DNA of 64,000 nucleotides from an uncultured bacterium (GTDB lineage Bacteria; Omnitrophota; Omnitrophia; Omnitrophales; Aquincolibacteriaceae): NCBI GenBank assembly GCA_964434115.1, contig CAYSSX010000001.1, positions 397,911 to 461,910 of the forward strand, read 5' to 3'. Shown piece by piece: positions 58,001 to 64,000 of this stretch (position 1 is its first letter; each line of letters starts with the position of its first letter). The notes under the pieces were generated by a model. It saw only the letters and a program-made list of their open reading frames with translations, ran no database searches and was not told where the DNA came from. The position numbers and the translations under genes were made by a program.

Positions 58001-61000
58001 GCAATTTTGACCGCAGCCTCTTGAGACAAATAGCGCCGCCCGCCTTCTGCCGCAGACATTTTGTAGCGGTCTGCAATAGCCTCACCGCCGTCGGTTGTAG
58101 GTGTCAAACCCACGCCATGCCGGATGGTGCTGGAAGGATCCGTCATCACCTTGATGAGAAAATCAAGAAGCAGGTCAGGAACCCCGCGGAGGTCTCCCTC
58201 ACGCCCGCGGTTCCGGTAATAGGTTTCCATCTGATCAATGTGAAGGTAAGAGGTCCAGTGAAGCGTATCTTCCTCGAAATCCTGAATCCATGTACTAAGC
58301 CCTAAAAAGCCCTCAAGACGTTCCTTGCTGTTTTTGAGGGAGATCAAACCGATGGCGGGTTCTGAAAAGCGCATAAAGTGAGGAACCATCTCATGTGGAC
58401 CAAGGCGTTCCTTCCATTTTTCTTTCCAGGCAGTGTCCGCGTTATAGTCCGCTGCCCAATCCCTCAAAAAATGTACATCCCTGTATAAAGACAGTTTTCT
58501 GATGAAAAAACGCGTCCCTTCACCGCGTGCCTTTTCAGCGGCCTCTTTTCCAAAATAGCGCTCCGCATCTTCAGCGGAAATTTCAATGTCCGTTTTTAAA
58601 TAATGGGGAATAAGCGATTCCAGACTTCTCAATTCACTCGCTTCGTTTTCTACCACCCCGCGGACAGCTCTGGATGTCACCTGATTAAAACGCTCCTGGA
58701 GTCCGGCAGCCGTTACATAGTCCTGAATCTGGGTCTGCGTTAGAGAATGCAGGATGCCGGATTCGGGCTGCATCTGGTAACGCTCGGCAACGGCAAATCC
58801 GCCCAATGAAGTTGCGCGCATGGTGAACCCCTTGTTAATTCCGCTTTCAGGCTCCGCGGCTGCTTTAAACAGATAATCCAGGAGAACATCGGGCACCCCT
58901 TTTAAATCACCATTCCTTCCGATGTTCCTGTAAAAAACCTCGATGTGCTCGAGCGCGATCCGGACGCCGTCGTCTGGGGTTTTGGAAACCTGAACACCGG
59001 CGTACCCCTCAAGCTTTTCAATACCGTTACGCACAGAAAAAAGCCCGAACGATAACTCCGGTAAGTCCAAAAATTCAGGGAAGGTATATTTCCAGCTCGC
59101 CGCTGTCGTTTCCTGATTCTTCCATTCCATATCCCGTTCAAACTGTTCTTCCCACTGGTCAAGGAATTCCTGGTCTTCCGGGGCCATCAGCCGGAGATAA
59201 TAGCGGACATTTCCAGCGGAGGCCTTTTCCAATCCAGAGGGTGCAAAATAACGGCTCACGTCCTGATCTGAAAGCTCAATGGGCTGGACAAGTTTATTCT
59301 CGAAATACTTTTTAAACTTCCCCAGCTCAGGAAGAGATCCTGCCGCGCCTGAATCCTCCGGATCGCTGAGTGAAGTGCGCAGCTCCGAGCGGTCAACGCG
59401 AGGAGCGTTTTGCTGTGCTGATTCACTGGAATCAGTGCGCAGCTCTGACCGCGTGCTGTCAGCGCCGCCCGAGAAAACCACAAGTGCCATTCTCTGGCTG
59501 AGGATTTCACGCGCCGCACGAATGTTTTCAACCGGCACGTTCAACTCCTGCATGATTTGCTCGTCGCTCGATCCGCTTCCAATTTCCTGGGCAATCGGGC
59601 GAAGATTTTCAGGCATTTGGCTGACAATCTCGTTAAACGCCGCGACAACTTCGTCCCACTCTGCGTTGTATTCCGGCCCCGGGACAGCGTCGACAGCCTC
59701 ACCGCTCTCAGTACGGGCGTTATACCAGGAGGAAAAGCGCGCCTGAACAGCGGGCTGGTCGGTGAAGGCCGAAAGCACATTCAGATTCGTAATTCTGTAG
59801 ATGAATTTCCGGTGCCCGGCCTCACTCATTTTCCCCTGCAGGACCATCTTCGCGGGGCCTACTTGATAGGAACGAATTTGCGCGGGATGATCCGGGTGGG
59901 TGAACAAAACTTGAAATTGAAAAGATCCGGCGTTCTGCACAGAAGCTGAAATCACGGATGCGCTCCAGACTTCACCCGTTTCATGGACCCGGTGAAGCGC
60001 CTGCCAAAGGAATCCATAATGTTCATAGGGGTGAAGGTGCAGCTGATGCGCGTGATTGAGTTTTCCCAGCGACAAACCCACAAGCCCTTCAATTTCCGGA
60101 CGGCGGGAAAGAAAATCCTCGCCGGGCCTTACTTGCAGCAGGCTGGAAAGAATGTGATGGCCCAGTTTGACACTGATGTCATGAAATTCTTTCTCGCGGC
60201 CCTTAAGAGCGAGGGTGCCGTGAAGCATGCGCGGCGCGAGGCCAATCTGAAAAACGCGCCGCCGGGTTGGGTGCGTGCCCTTATCAAGAAAAACCTCAAA
60301 CTCCATGAACTTCTCATGAAAAACCGCGGCCCCGAGCCGCACATCCCAGCCTGGTTCAGCTAAACCCAGAACCGGCCAGCCGTAATGGTAATAAGCCTCC
60401 GGAACCACCCCGACCTGTCCTGATTCGTTGGTGGTTCCCACAAAAAGCCCCCGCAGATCAGGCCATTCTTTTTCCAGGGTCCGCCAATCAAAGTTCGCGG
60501 GTTTGGGCATGGCCTCCGCGACGTAATCCAGCCCCAGATGCGGGCTGACCGCGAGAAATTCACGCTCCGTGTCTTTAAACTGTCCGCTGCTACCCGCGAC
60601 TTTCCGGGTCCTGGAACCTATTTGAAAGTTCCTTGAAAAAGAAGCCTTTTCCGGGTGTGTGAACAGAATTGAAATCTGGACAAAGTTTTTTTCGTAGAGG
60701 ACCTGCAGGATCTCGGCCGACCAGTTTTCATCCGTTTTTCCAAGCAGATGCCAGTCAAACGTGTAGCCCTTGGCCGGTGTCATACCAAGACCGTTTCGAG
60801 GGTCCACTTTACCAAGCCTGAGTCCCCGGAGGTCCGGCATTTCACCCTCGTGAGCCTTCCAGTCAAACCCTTGAGGCTTCAGCATCATATCCCCGATATG
60901 ATCAAGCCCTAAACTGGTGCTCATCGCGAGAACCTGGCGGGTTTGTCCGGAGTGGTCCTGATTGCCCGCAAGGGTATGCTGACGCGAACCCACCTGAAAA

Positions 61001-64000
61001 ATCGCCCGCTTCGGCGTTTCCTTTTCCTTGGTCAGTTCCACCTCAAATTCAAAATAATTGGGTTTGATACGCGTTTTCGTGACAACCGCCTGCCAGCCCT
61101 TACCATGACTCCCTAAAACCGGCCAGCGGTACGGGAACCCCGGCACGGGATTGAAAAGAATCTGGCCGTTCGCATAAGTCTGGCCAAGGCCTTTTCCTTC
61201 AAGCGACTTGATTTGATCTTCATGATCCAGCCACTGGGTGCCGGGCGGCAAAAGAAGAAGTTCGGATAAGGTTTTAAGGCCGCTGCGATCTGCTGCGCGC
61301 AGTTCTGAACGTGCAGACGCCAATGCCTCCGTCGGCGCAGCTGCCTTTGTTTCCTGTCCCTGCTTCGCGGGCACGCCAACTTTCTCAAGATCGATGACAA
61401 TCGTTTTAAGCGGCCTGCCCGGTTCACGCCGGTGACGCTCCACCTTGACCACAGCGTCTCCCATTTCACGGATCCAGTTTTCATGAAAGGCTTGAGCGTC
61501 CTCCGTGCGGGCCACCCCGGTTTTAAAGGTCTCATACCCCCAGATTTTCAGGGTCAGCATCAGTTCCTGCCTCAAACGGGTTCCCAGTTTCAGACCGCTT
61601 CTCCGGTACTCGGGCGCCACGAAAAGTCCTTCAGTTTCCGCCTCCCTTAGCCAGTCCCAAAGCCCGTAAGCCTGGAGACCTGCCGGTTTGCCGTCCACAT
61701 AAGCGATCAAGGCATTGGTGCGCGTTCCCTTCCAGGCGTTGTAGTTGATCGAATACTTCCACTTCCGGATCGCCTCCTGAACCTCCAGCCTTTCAGGACC
61801 GTCGAGAGGCAGCCCGGAATAAAACCGAAAACTCACTTTCGCGGAAGCCTCGGCTTGGGGCTCGGCGCTTCTAAGCTCCGAGCGGCCGCTGGTTTCATCC
61901 GGGACATCCGCAGGGATTTCAAGACGCTCTCCATCAGGACCGATCAAGACAGGCGGTTCGTCTTCAAGCCGCGGCTTTCCTGGGTCCTGAAATTTGGAAA
62001 GATTCACCCAAACCGACGAAAGAAGCTCAGGTTCATCTTCCCGGTAAAACACACGATCCACGGCATCGCCGAGTTGCGCTATCCAGACCTTGTGAAATTC
62101 CTGGGCCTCAACATTCTTATCCACATGAGTCTCAAAGGCTTTGATTCCGAATTTTTTGAGCGTGCTTAAAAGTTCTCCGCGGAGGCGCATGCCGATTTTT
62201 AAACCGCTGCGGCGGTATTCCGGCGCTACATAAAGGCCGCGCGCCTGAACAAAGTTCTCCCCCTCGAAACGCTGATACAGCTGCACGCCCGCGATTTTTC
62301 CATTCACATAGGCAATCAGGGCGCTGCGTGTGCGGCCGTTCAGCACGGGATCCCCGTCAAAAAACTGGGTCGCTTTCAGCCACTCGCGAAGGATTCCTCT
62401 TTCCTCCCAGGTTAAGCCGTTTCTCCCTCCGTAAAAACGAAACGCCACTTCCGGCGCCGTCCTTTGCCCGGCCTTTTCCTGATCCGTATCCGTTCTTAAC
62501 TCCGAACGCAGCCGGCTTAAAAGCGCGGGCGGCAGAGGCGCCCGCGCCGGCGGAATGTACGCGGGATCGGTCAAGTGCGGAGTTTCCCAGGTGGCGCGTC
62601 CGGTAAATGTCAGCCCCATGTCAAAAGCGGATTGAACGTAGATTTCCCGGTCCTCCTTCGCGGCATGACTTAAGTTCGGAATGACCCGGAGGTAGGCATA
62701 GCCTTTGGTTTTTAAAGCGTCTTCAAACGGCCGGGCGTGAAAACCCCCGGTGATCACGGCGGCTTTGGAAACCCCTGTCTCCCGGATCCTTTTCTCAATT
62801 CTTTCCAGCATCAAGGCATCGCGTTCACGTGCGCCTTGATAAAAGTCGAGGGCACGTTCAAACAAGACGTTGATTTCTCCGGAATGGCCAAACTGAAAAT
62901 CCCGCACCCGGCCTTCAGCATTTAAATCCGCGAAGCGGCCGGCCATTTGAACGGGAGTCAGCACCGCCTGCCTCTCCAGAATAGCTGCATAGTCCTTCGG
63001 CGCGGCTTCCAGGGAAAATAATTTGGACAGGAGAAAGTAATCTTCAAAAACCTCCACAAACTTCCCTTCCCGCTCATCCCGCGCCAACCCATGAAGGATT
63101 TTTTTTGACAGCCGCTGAATCTCATCGTGCAGCTCTCCGGCTTTAAGCTCTTCCTGCAAAACCCGGCGGCTTGCGAAAAGGGTCACTTGCGGGAATTGCT
63201 CCCAGGCAATCGCGAACCCGGGCCGGCTTACCAGGGCTTCAAAAAGCGGCCCGGCTTCCATGCCTTCCGGAGACTCCGTGGACAACGCGGACTTCAGGCC
63301 AGCCAGCAAATCACCGGGGATTCCGGGGAGGCTTTTGAAAAAGAGTTCGCGTTCTTTTTCGAACGCCGCAAAATCCAGACGTTTTTCAATTTTAAAAAGA
63401 GTCAGGAGCCGGCACAGCATCGGCCAGTCCAGCTGAGCGCCCGGGTCCGAAGGGTCCACCTTTAAAACATTCACGGATTGATCCTTCAATGTGTTTACCC
63501 AATCGGTCAAAGAGACAAGCCCCATGTCCCAATCTTCATAACGTTTCAAAAAATCCCGCAGCGCAGGCGAAAGATAAGCCGCTTTCAGGCGTTCAATCTG
63601 CATGTCGACAGACGCGAGGTACTTTCCGGTTTCCGCCTTGGCTTTAAGAACCGCTTGAAAAGACTGCCCGTTTTTTAAATAAGCCTCAGGGTCTTCGATT
63701 CCGTAAGCCTCGGCCTTTCCATTTTCATCGAGCAGAAAAAGCTCCGAGCCTTTCAACCATCCCTTTTTCACAAGCCCGTCAAGAATCTCTCCCCGCTTTC
63801 CGGAAGTTTCTTCGGGCATGGCCAGCCGCTCGGGATCCAGATGGCCGGCACTGCCCTCCACAAAAACCGTGTTGATTCCGTAACGGTCTTTCAGCACATG
63901 CAGAATGCTTTGGATTTTCCTCTGGGCTTCTTCATGCCCGTGCGCGGTTTGAATGTGAACAAGCAGAGGGCCGTATCCGGAACTGCGGGTTTCAATACTT
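46039..64000 (-). CDS. giant modular multi-enzyme protein (more than 5950 aa within the window; N-terminus beyond the right edge) with two GNAT, three SAM-methyltransferase-like and one GlnD-like HD domain plus novel repeats, joined by RSELR linkers
   Basis: An uninterrupted minus-strand frame runs from the stop at 46039 to position 64000 and beyond. The listed start at 63897 is only a GTG; codons upstream (…LVHIQTAHGHEEAQRKIQSILHVLKDRYGINTVFVEGSAGHLDP) continue the homology with the 2043-aa giant (LILLQDAHEAASAQKSLWQLIEYFQKEAGVESVYLEGASGELDP). GNAT motif A YVAPEYRRSGLK(I/L)G occurs twice (about 62205-62245 and 61597-61635). HD motif LLFHDLGK is at about 55567-55590, preceded by the GlnD-like MYRSGILEAIVPELRNV....HAFTVGQHT. 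Methyltransferase motif I is at about 51811-51850 (LIDLGAGERG), 48036-48068 (VIDLGSGSGV) and 47400-47478 (VLSVGTGSEP). RSELR/RAELR occurs at least 15 times at domain junctions. Confidence 0.85.
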   Translation of the reverse strand, partial: SIETRSSGYGPLLVHIQTAHGHEEAQRKIQSILHVLKDRYGINTVFVEGSAGHLDPERLAMPEETSGKRGEILDGLVKKGWLKGSELFLLDENGKAEAYGIEDPEAYLKNGQSFQAVLKAKAETGKYLASVDMQIERLKAAYLSPALRDFLKRYEDWDMGLVSLTDWVNTLKDQSVNVLKVDPSDPGAQLDWPMLCRLLTLFKIEKRLDFAAFEKERELFFKSLPGIPGDLLAGLKSALSTESPEGMEAGPLFEALVSRPGFAIAWEQFPQVTLFASRRVLQEELKAGELHDEIQRLSKKILHGLARDEREGKFVEVFEDYFLLSKLFSLEAAPKDYAAILERQAVLTPVQMAGRFADLNAEGRVRDFQFGHSGEINVLFERALDFYQGARERDALMLERIEKRIRETGVSKAAVITGGFHARPFEDALKTKGYAYLRVIPNLSHAAKEDREIYVQSAFDMGLTFTGRATWETPHLTDPAYIPPARAPLPPALLSRLRSELRTDTDQEKAGQRTAPEVAFRFYGGRNGLTWEERGILREWLKATQFFDGDPVLNGRTRSALIAYVNGKIAGVQLYQRFEGENFVQARGLYVAPEYRRSGLKIGMRLRGELLSTLKKFGIKAFETHVDKNVEAQEFHKVWIAQLGDAVDRVFYREDEPELLSSVWVNLSKFQDPGKPRLEDEPPVLIGPDGERLEIPADVPDETSGRSELRSAEPQAEASAKVSFRFYSGLPLDGPERLEVQEAIRKWKYSINYNAWKGTRTNALIAYVDGKPAGLQAYGLWDWLREAETEGLFVAPEYRRSGLKLGTRLRQELMLTLKIWGYETFKTGVARTEDAQAFHENWIREMGDAVVKVERHRREPGRPLKTIVIDLEKVGVPAKQGQETKAAAPTEALASARSELRAADRSGLKTLSELLLLPPGTQWLDHEDQIKSLEGKGLGQTYANGQILFNPVPGFPYRWPVLGSHGKGWQAVVTKTRIKPNYFEFEVELTKEKETPKRAIFQVGSRQHTLAGNQDHSGQTRQVLAMSTSLGLDHIGDMMLKPQGFDWKAHEGEMPDLRGLRLGKVDPRNGLGMTPAKGYTFDWHLLGKTDENWSAEILQVLYEKNFVQISILFTHPEKASFSRNFQIGSRTRKVAGSSGQFKDTEREFLAVSPHLGLDYVAEAMPKPANFDWRTLEKEWPDLRGLFVGTTNESGQVGVVPEAYYHYGWPVLGLAEPGWDVRLGAAVFHEKFMEFEVFLDKGTHPTRRRVFQIGLAPRMLHGTLALKGREKEFHDISVKLGHHILSSLLQVRPGEDFLSRRPEIEGLVGLSLGKLNHAHQLHLHPYEHYGFLWQALHRVHETGEVWSASVISASVQNAGSFQFQVLFTHPDHPAQIRSYQVGPAKMVLQGKMSEAGHRKFIYRITNLNVLSAFTDQPAVQARFSSWYNARTESGEAVDAVPGPEYNAEWDEVVAAFNEIVSQMPENLRPIAQEIGSGSSDEQIMQELNVPVENIRAAREILSQRMALVVFSGGADSTRSELRTDSSESAQQNAPRVDRSELRTSLSDPEDSGAAGSLPELGKFKKYFENKLVQPIELSDQDVSRYFAPSGLEKASAGNVRYYLRLMAPEDQEFLDQWEEQFERDMEWKNQETTAASWKYTFPEFLDLPELSFGLFSVRNGIEKLEGYAGVQVSKTPDDGVRIALEHIEVFYRNIGRNGDLKGVPDVLLDYLFKAAAEPESGINKGFTMRATSLGGFAVAERYQMQPESGILHSLTQTQIQDYVTAAGLQERFNQVTSRAVRGVVENEASELRSLESLIPHYLKTDIEISAEDAERYFGKEAAEKARGEGTRFFIRKLSLYRDVHFLRDWAADYNADTAWKEKWKERLGPHEMVPHFMRFSEPAIGLISLKNSKERLEGFLGLSTWIQDFEEDTLHWTSYLHIDQMETYYRNRGREGDLRGVPDLLLDFLIKVMTDPSSTIRHGVGLTPTTDGGEAIADRYKMSAAEGGRRYLSQEAAVKIADERNLKNRFLPARSELRTQQALGYALEEESLNQDFWKWFNSDVPARKTERELFEKIITGGDDVLRGLLKQYPEKIYVKEVQQAESGWELSALEGRTVYLKLSESFDGIDTLRLKGVRPRVDQEGAWIGYGEQGRGFVPVDVEAAAPGVLRFWKKTEGYKVFGGSSEESSQREKATLQKLQASEVLSSHADKALAVGLYKDAVFSGQKLGFVVIGMRGTDRRIQPLVERDDDSEDEDARKLVFYLSDYETRQMTPLSREGAERFARALGQLMRLYHDAGYYHRFPHFENFGIKPGADWNQLTLQDLVIRDLGTTRERSEIQASDDKGRREMAAMLRWIDLSKSVRYFRRHEDQNNVLELQLEFLKGYAGNEAGAEELFAPLSTFSFAGPLDYYFREQNYAETAERFVDFNLPQYASFKALYEQMLLLEERALQTPQPQTGETEPGVPRSELRFEEALREWNENHYLHQRGKPDSEEGHLGVQFRDVNMETGPGSIYEFDFLKEAAREFLSDRGLAISPEKYSSRKETEMILGELKKSGLIDEDIEKNLLESFAVLEKSAGKYHSDAKLTGLPDRDEFLRAYYHAASETFKSVPVLVEAMARLKQAAAAAPVHDVEDGLELQKETSLHFSLSRGFVREEREQIGLRSGTDALEYFRANPSRAVSVYLRSLEFEVPLSSSIRFALLRFQPELQAWADQERVKETPSAAFQALGRNLLELLSRQQSVTGALWEMYRSGILEAIVPELRNVRDIPSNFNIHAFTVGQHTLYNLKKLDDLRVTEDEQLQKGRAVLEGLSPDQMMQIRLTLLFHDLGKRMSKTPVEPDHAIVSSRDIVPVRLKELGVPADKIENAAWVVRDHMVLNAFARMQDVRFEAKLPVLMKHFALDPGISQERLKLLYLISLTDRDSVNPWAPIMSPDVLDRLNYIYAMLEDYFDTSEPDRSRHIEDIQRQAHAKTHKEWSEYKEQNRGGLRRILSELDPKTIRGYFKNVAVVDEGKFESVRDGLIAKAKGAAADDGAFDYLLERLLAAFSMDQIRDYTEEQAAERLIFLLHLDYQKDTGNPAPVIYFNPQFSRTYERGYEIVVGAAADSEGFFEKATGVLLNHRFDIEEADIRTLTNGEVVDTFQGFFHDDYPDAHAHILMQDQMTRDMRDVFLGTLPSVEALFERGKRPYVSEKIIEAVGTEVQFLEDTEIYGTRASVFNLKTANRLGLLHALSLILNQRGINLVAAPVSTHPAMVNDTFYVNRGGRVLHASEKRDLENYIQSVMSQKSIELSTLRSELRSGDLDKLWPDGLPESDFAWQTLQEWKRDWLSNDLKTQKLRAWNIGDNLSFDFVDENSELVQKGKDRVMLEIRQNSGGQIMAIESAGYPGVPSQEMLRGILSWIKSKGVEWVRMDISFPDFLENLQKDWNQTRNLDPDASEPPVKLSGSGTQMYFNLKNLDLQKRSELRSADEDRAEAILRTLDPQLETLLKARAYSLLDYAAAYLKQLNKAASHELAMTLMKQGNPEFSFVPEPKAAALFAFTQQADANAEAREFLELMGRITARGEIPDAERSGNLNRTLPGQDGQTLPYLDFASGIYAAVFFKNLPKTRKFIFVDNSYFAAAYLEEAAKILKADQVEVRRQDMLAMIGQDEKFGTIRLKNVWAYVPQILDSAPFWDWVKGALQESGQLIVEILPEQANREKFVPIWEKFLAPIMDAWQLDAKTGQAVPQSLWAMGLVSTPDVLTFTKPGARSELRTPEEDRMFQVFGQQEGSRIQYQARWFASVFSKLSEENQKKFLYPNLLLVLLGVKPLYYAVEDGAPNPREMIASINAQEILAGSRLMFYADESHFIALLPAAVKILSNRGWLTQKKVLGTEDNAALDSMDQALRGGDINTLFSKTHELLMKIHSQMASGSPANLEKAHWFYGTLFGYAQEDMESYYRVLQTGTKPLLNDPRYRHGRYAKISLFSDNPAPLWIARADAALDYIFSLLESQPGFETAADLYRQTFSQEVKEEVKRLYAKQEGQDAALLIRPEWPLLNRIFDGKADDVYSADLVTQRGIEALRALNIQPGDTLIDLGAGERGGLGLIAAMLGAKVVAVESRPESVTALRAHAQRLESLIRQAGGSFEIVEGDLADPQTAKTLEGRKFKHLLMTDVVTPSRAMAVGSPKAPPTYEQNKIEKMFKLAAQLKSSEPGRVLFSVPEYVQVSGRMTSNVPFLEPFAMEMVKTSKMGPASASFVSVPYSDGIKRAVLYEFKPMRSELRSFDELFTQALPEALELADDEITAYFGNEALNKAKTSGTRFYLRRLDPEKDLHFISDWKADLNQDTAWQEQWARKGVWADRLPRFSYISPYSVGLVSVTDQKERLEGFVGIQPEYTGFDGPLREWTYGLGISQIENYYRNIGQNGDLRGVSRVLMDFLVKYAATPRFLVRTGLTMTALTPGSESLAEFYGMAADKSLGRVVMTQAQAEAWASEHGLAAVFNPGVEAELHRLQGFSGQDWKSATLVHLEEVIAEARKKGRDDLIQEAEKHRQTMTGNLDRPLVRTDGNDFVGSHSALFDLTDPRRKTIVLEQLSRVYSTIPGALFSEETAARARTLFKTLYASENPQEILDSETFLQQNLYVRRASRSELRFLEGSGSVDSFYGYFDFMKRLNKALHNPGEISSVLLFNVAQFNLKQKSFLFTVQQDIAYEVFSRIHREGAKFPRFRYSVRDIPGGRTLLLTSLPGEEKAPVNLPAASEEDLKEVPPMEEGAWKAAMLKLNSAIRRLENSQERLKTWSETGNSDEELPRAFGESLKEWEALAGEEVYRNAANWEAGRSVFSEVVKRFDSRESSDPETLGWAVRYLLDQLYKAKKHLTGLNRQALFDPEKPVLRVVEVTRHVLGRNLYEGAEVIEFGSAESFYQHLFEVKSSPWRDLSREFDLVVVADHEYFDPLIEDKSLNAEEVVAQLRQNGYQGPVTALFSYPLNANGNAPALGNVKAGLADYHVYPQVFQAHSFWENAAMVRDEMDSLRGLRSRQSLPVILKALKIGKPVDLNQVLKPAFLQKLEETEPSAVNLKALREWTDLSALTTKEFLQGIFPGISGSEKLKVFDLASDGSFLQSLMTADPSLAGVVASAQALDKDHLRVLTPLETGAGYELRTVQQELAPRIVKNHSEELLSQVLFMNAPYLDNQKALETIVDEAVHLADPRGSVVLLRIHEIDWAYREGVIGEFKRWGYSLVKMFPHAPRDYPFTNYIRGNGAADEALYVFARDPESGTAASTARAELRAEESGTKPLFNGLELVFLTALAKLQDEQFPLDARAEETKDGMFIPSDPFMAAEILKEILQGGEHVIDLGSGSGVVLFLAAALGAAKATGYESDPGLFTVSRHLLRTLSEDPRLLLVFNPLKVNIVKRNYMTSDLAGAGNVKDPSKNVYYYFDLSSAAQMFEKEKFLAKLKKLPPGSRLVIHFRQELTDEDLAFLDLEKVIPHGRLSTYVYRVPERGRKTRSELRITENKEGDALTPWENSRVEAFQQRALFARQFGIKPGDRVLSVGTGSEPFYGIALALLGARVDSVSLDPRFQENENMFVSNHRKDFERVSGAYTVHPAQDYLKFPVEESSQKIVMFFNVLDDPNVRNREELIERFLRDVADGGYLVGSVLVPDQYLPVIEKIKGMAGERGFRIESPPLYVPGASWGNQMPFLYRVFKTASARLAPDGTLESSQAQLPSAVRSELRLEAPTPTALSYFREVRAEILPLSYMETRPVPALTSLLGNLLGRTVYAETAGIVPEQIISLLSEGHAVMPLKTSGAYQSWLDEGAASGGKILFDGSWLLNWGRHSPRGLFLLVGALEHVRQSGQEAAAITGDESTLKEIGRILQQKANGFTPEENAKIRDLAENGNLQKLFKPVAPEGVQEYLKAQDYGVAVLHEGNPALELLGANFSLDAGTLAEDDLAAAALLLPALLKAASLIKGIGEPLAQRQVLQARIQEILPGSSLTGNSFKIRMAAFIAEAVLQNRLVETAA

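Overview
This is a high-GC (~55-60%) bacterial chromosomal segment, probably from an uncultivated lineage. It is gene-dense and most genes are on the minus strand. From left to right it contains: a KirBac-type inward-rectifier K+ channel gene cut by the window edge, with a small coiled-coil secreted protein gene 6 bp upstream; a cluster of secreted proteins (a PEP-CTERM substrate, two tandem paralogous signal-peptide proteins and lipoproteins); uppP; an acyl-CoA (delta-9-type) desaturase; a 2043-aa secreted giant multidomain protein carrying Ser/Thr-kinase and HAD-phosphatase modules; a cusCBA-type RND metal-efflux operon preceded by a small Cys/His-rich membrane protein; a ~2817-aa repeat-rich surface adhesin with dockerin-like, tandem Ig-like and YD-repeat regions; a ZraP/CpxP-like periplasmic metal protein; a second copy of the Cys/His-rich protein; a ~8 kb low-GC island whose six co-directional genes form a Lamassu-like trio (Cap4-nuclease effector, small protein, Rad50/SMC-like ABC ATPase with a CPxC hook) plus three further defence-like genes (DUF2130-like nuclease, zinc-ribbon + Rcl/NDT-like protein, one unknown); livKHMGF; pntAA-pntAB-pntB; and a second, paralogous giant gene that spans at least 46039..64000 (more than 5950 codons in the window) and runs off the right edge. 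Both giants share an N-terminal module and are assembled from enzyme-like domains (two GNAT, three SAM-methyltransferase-like, a GlnD-like HD domain, kinase, HAD and novel repeats) joined by a recurring RSELR pentapeptide. This modular polyenzyme architecture is the most striking feature of the window. A family of bipartite hairpin repeat elements with covarying stems and conserved loops sits in the 5' regions of several minus-strand genes. No rRNA, tRNA or CRISPR array was detected.
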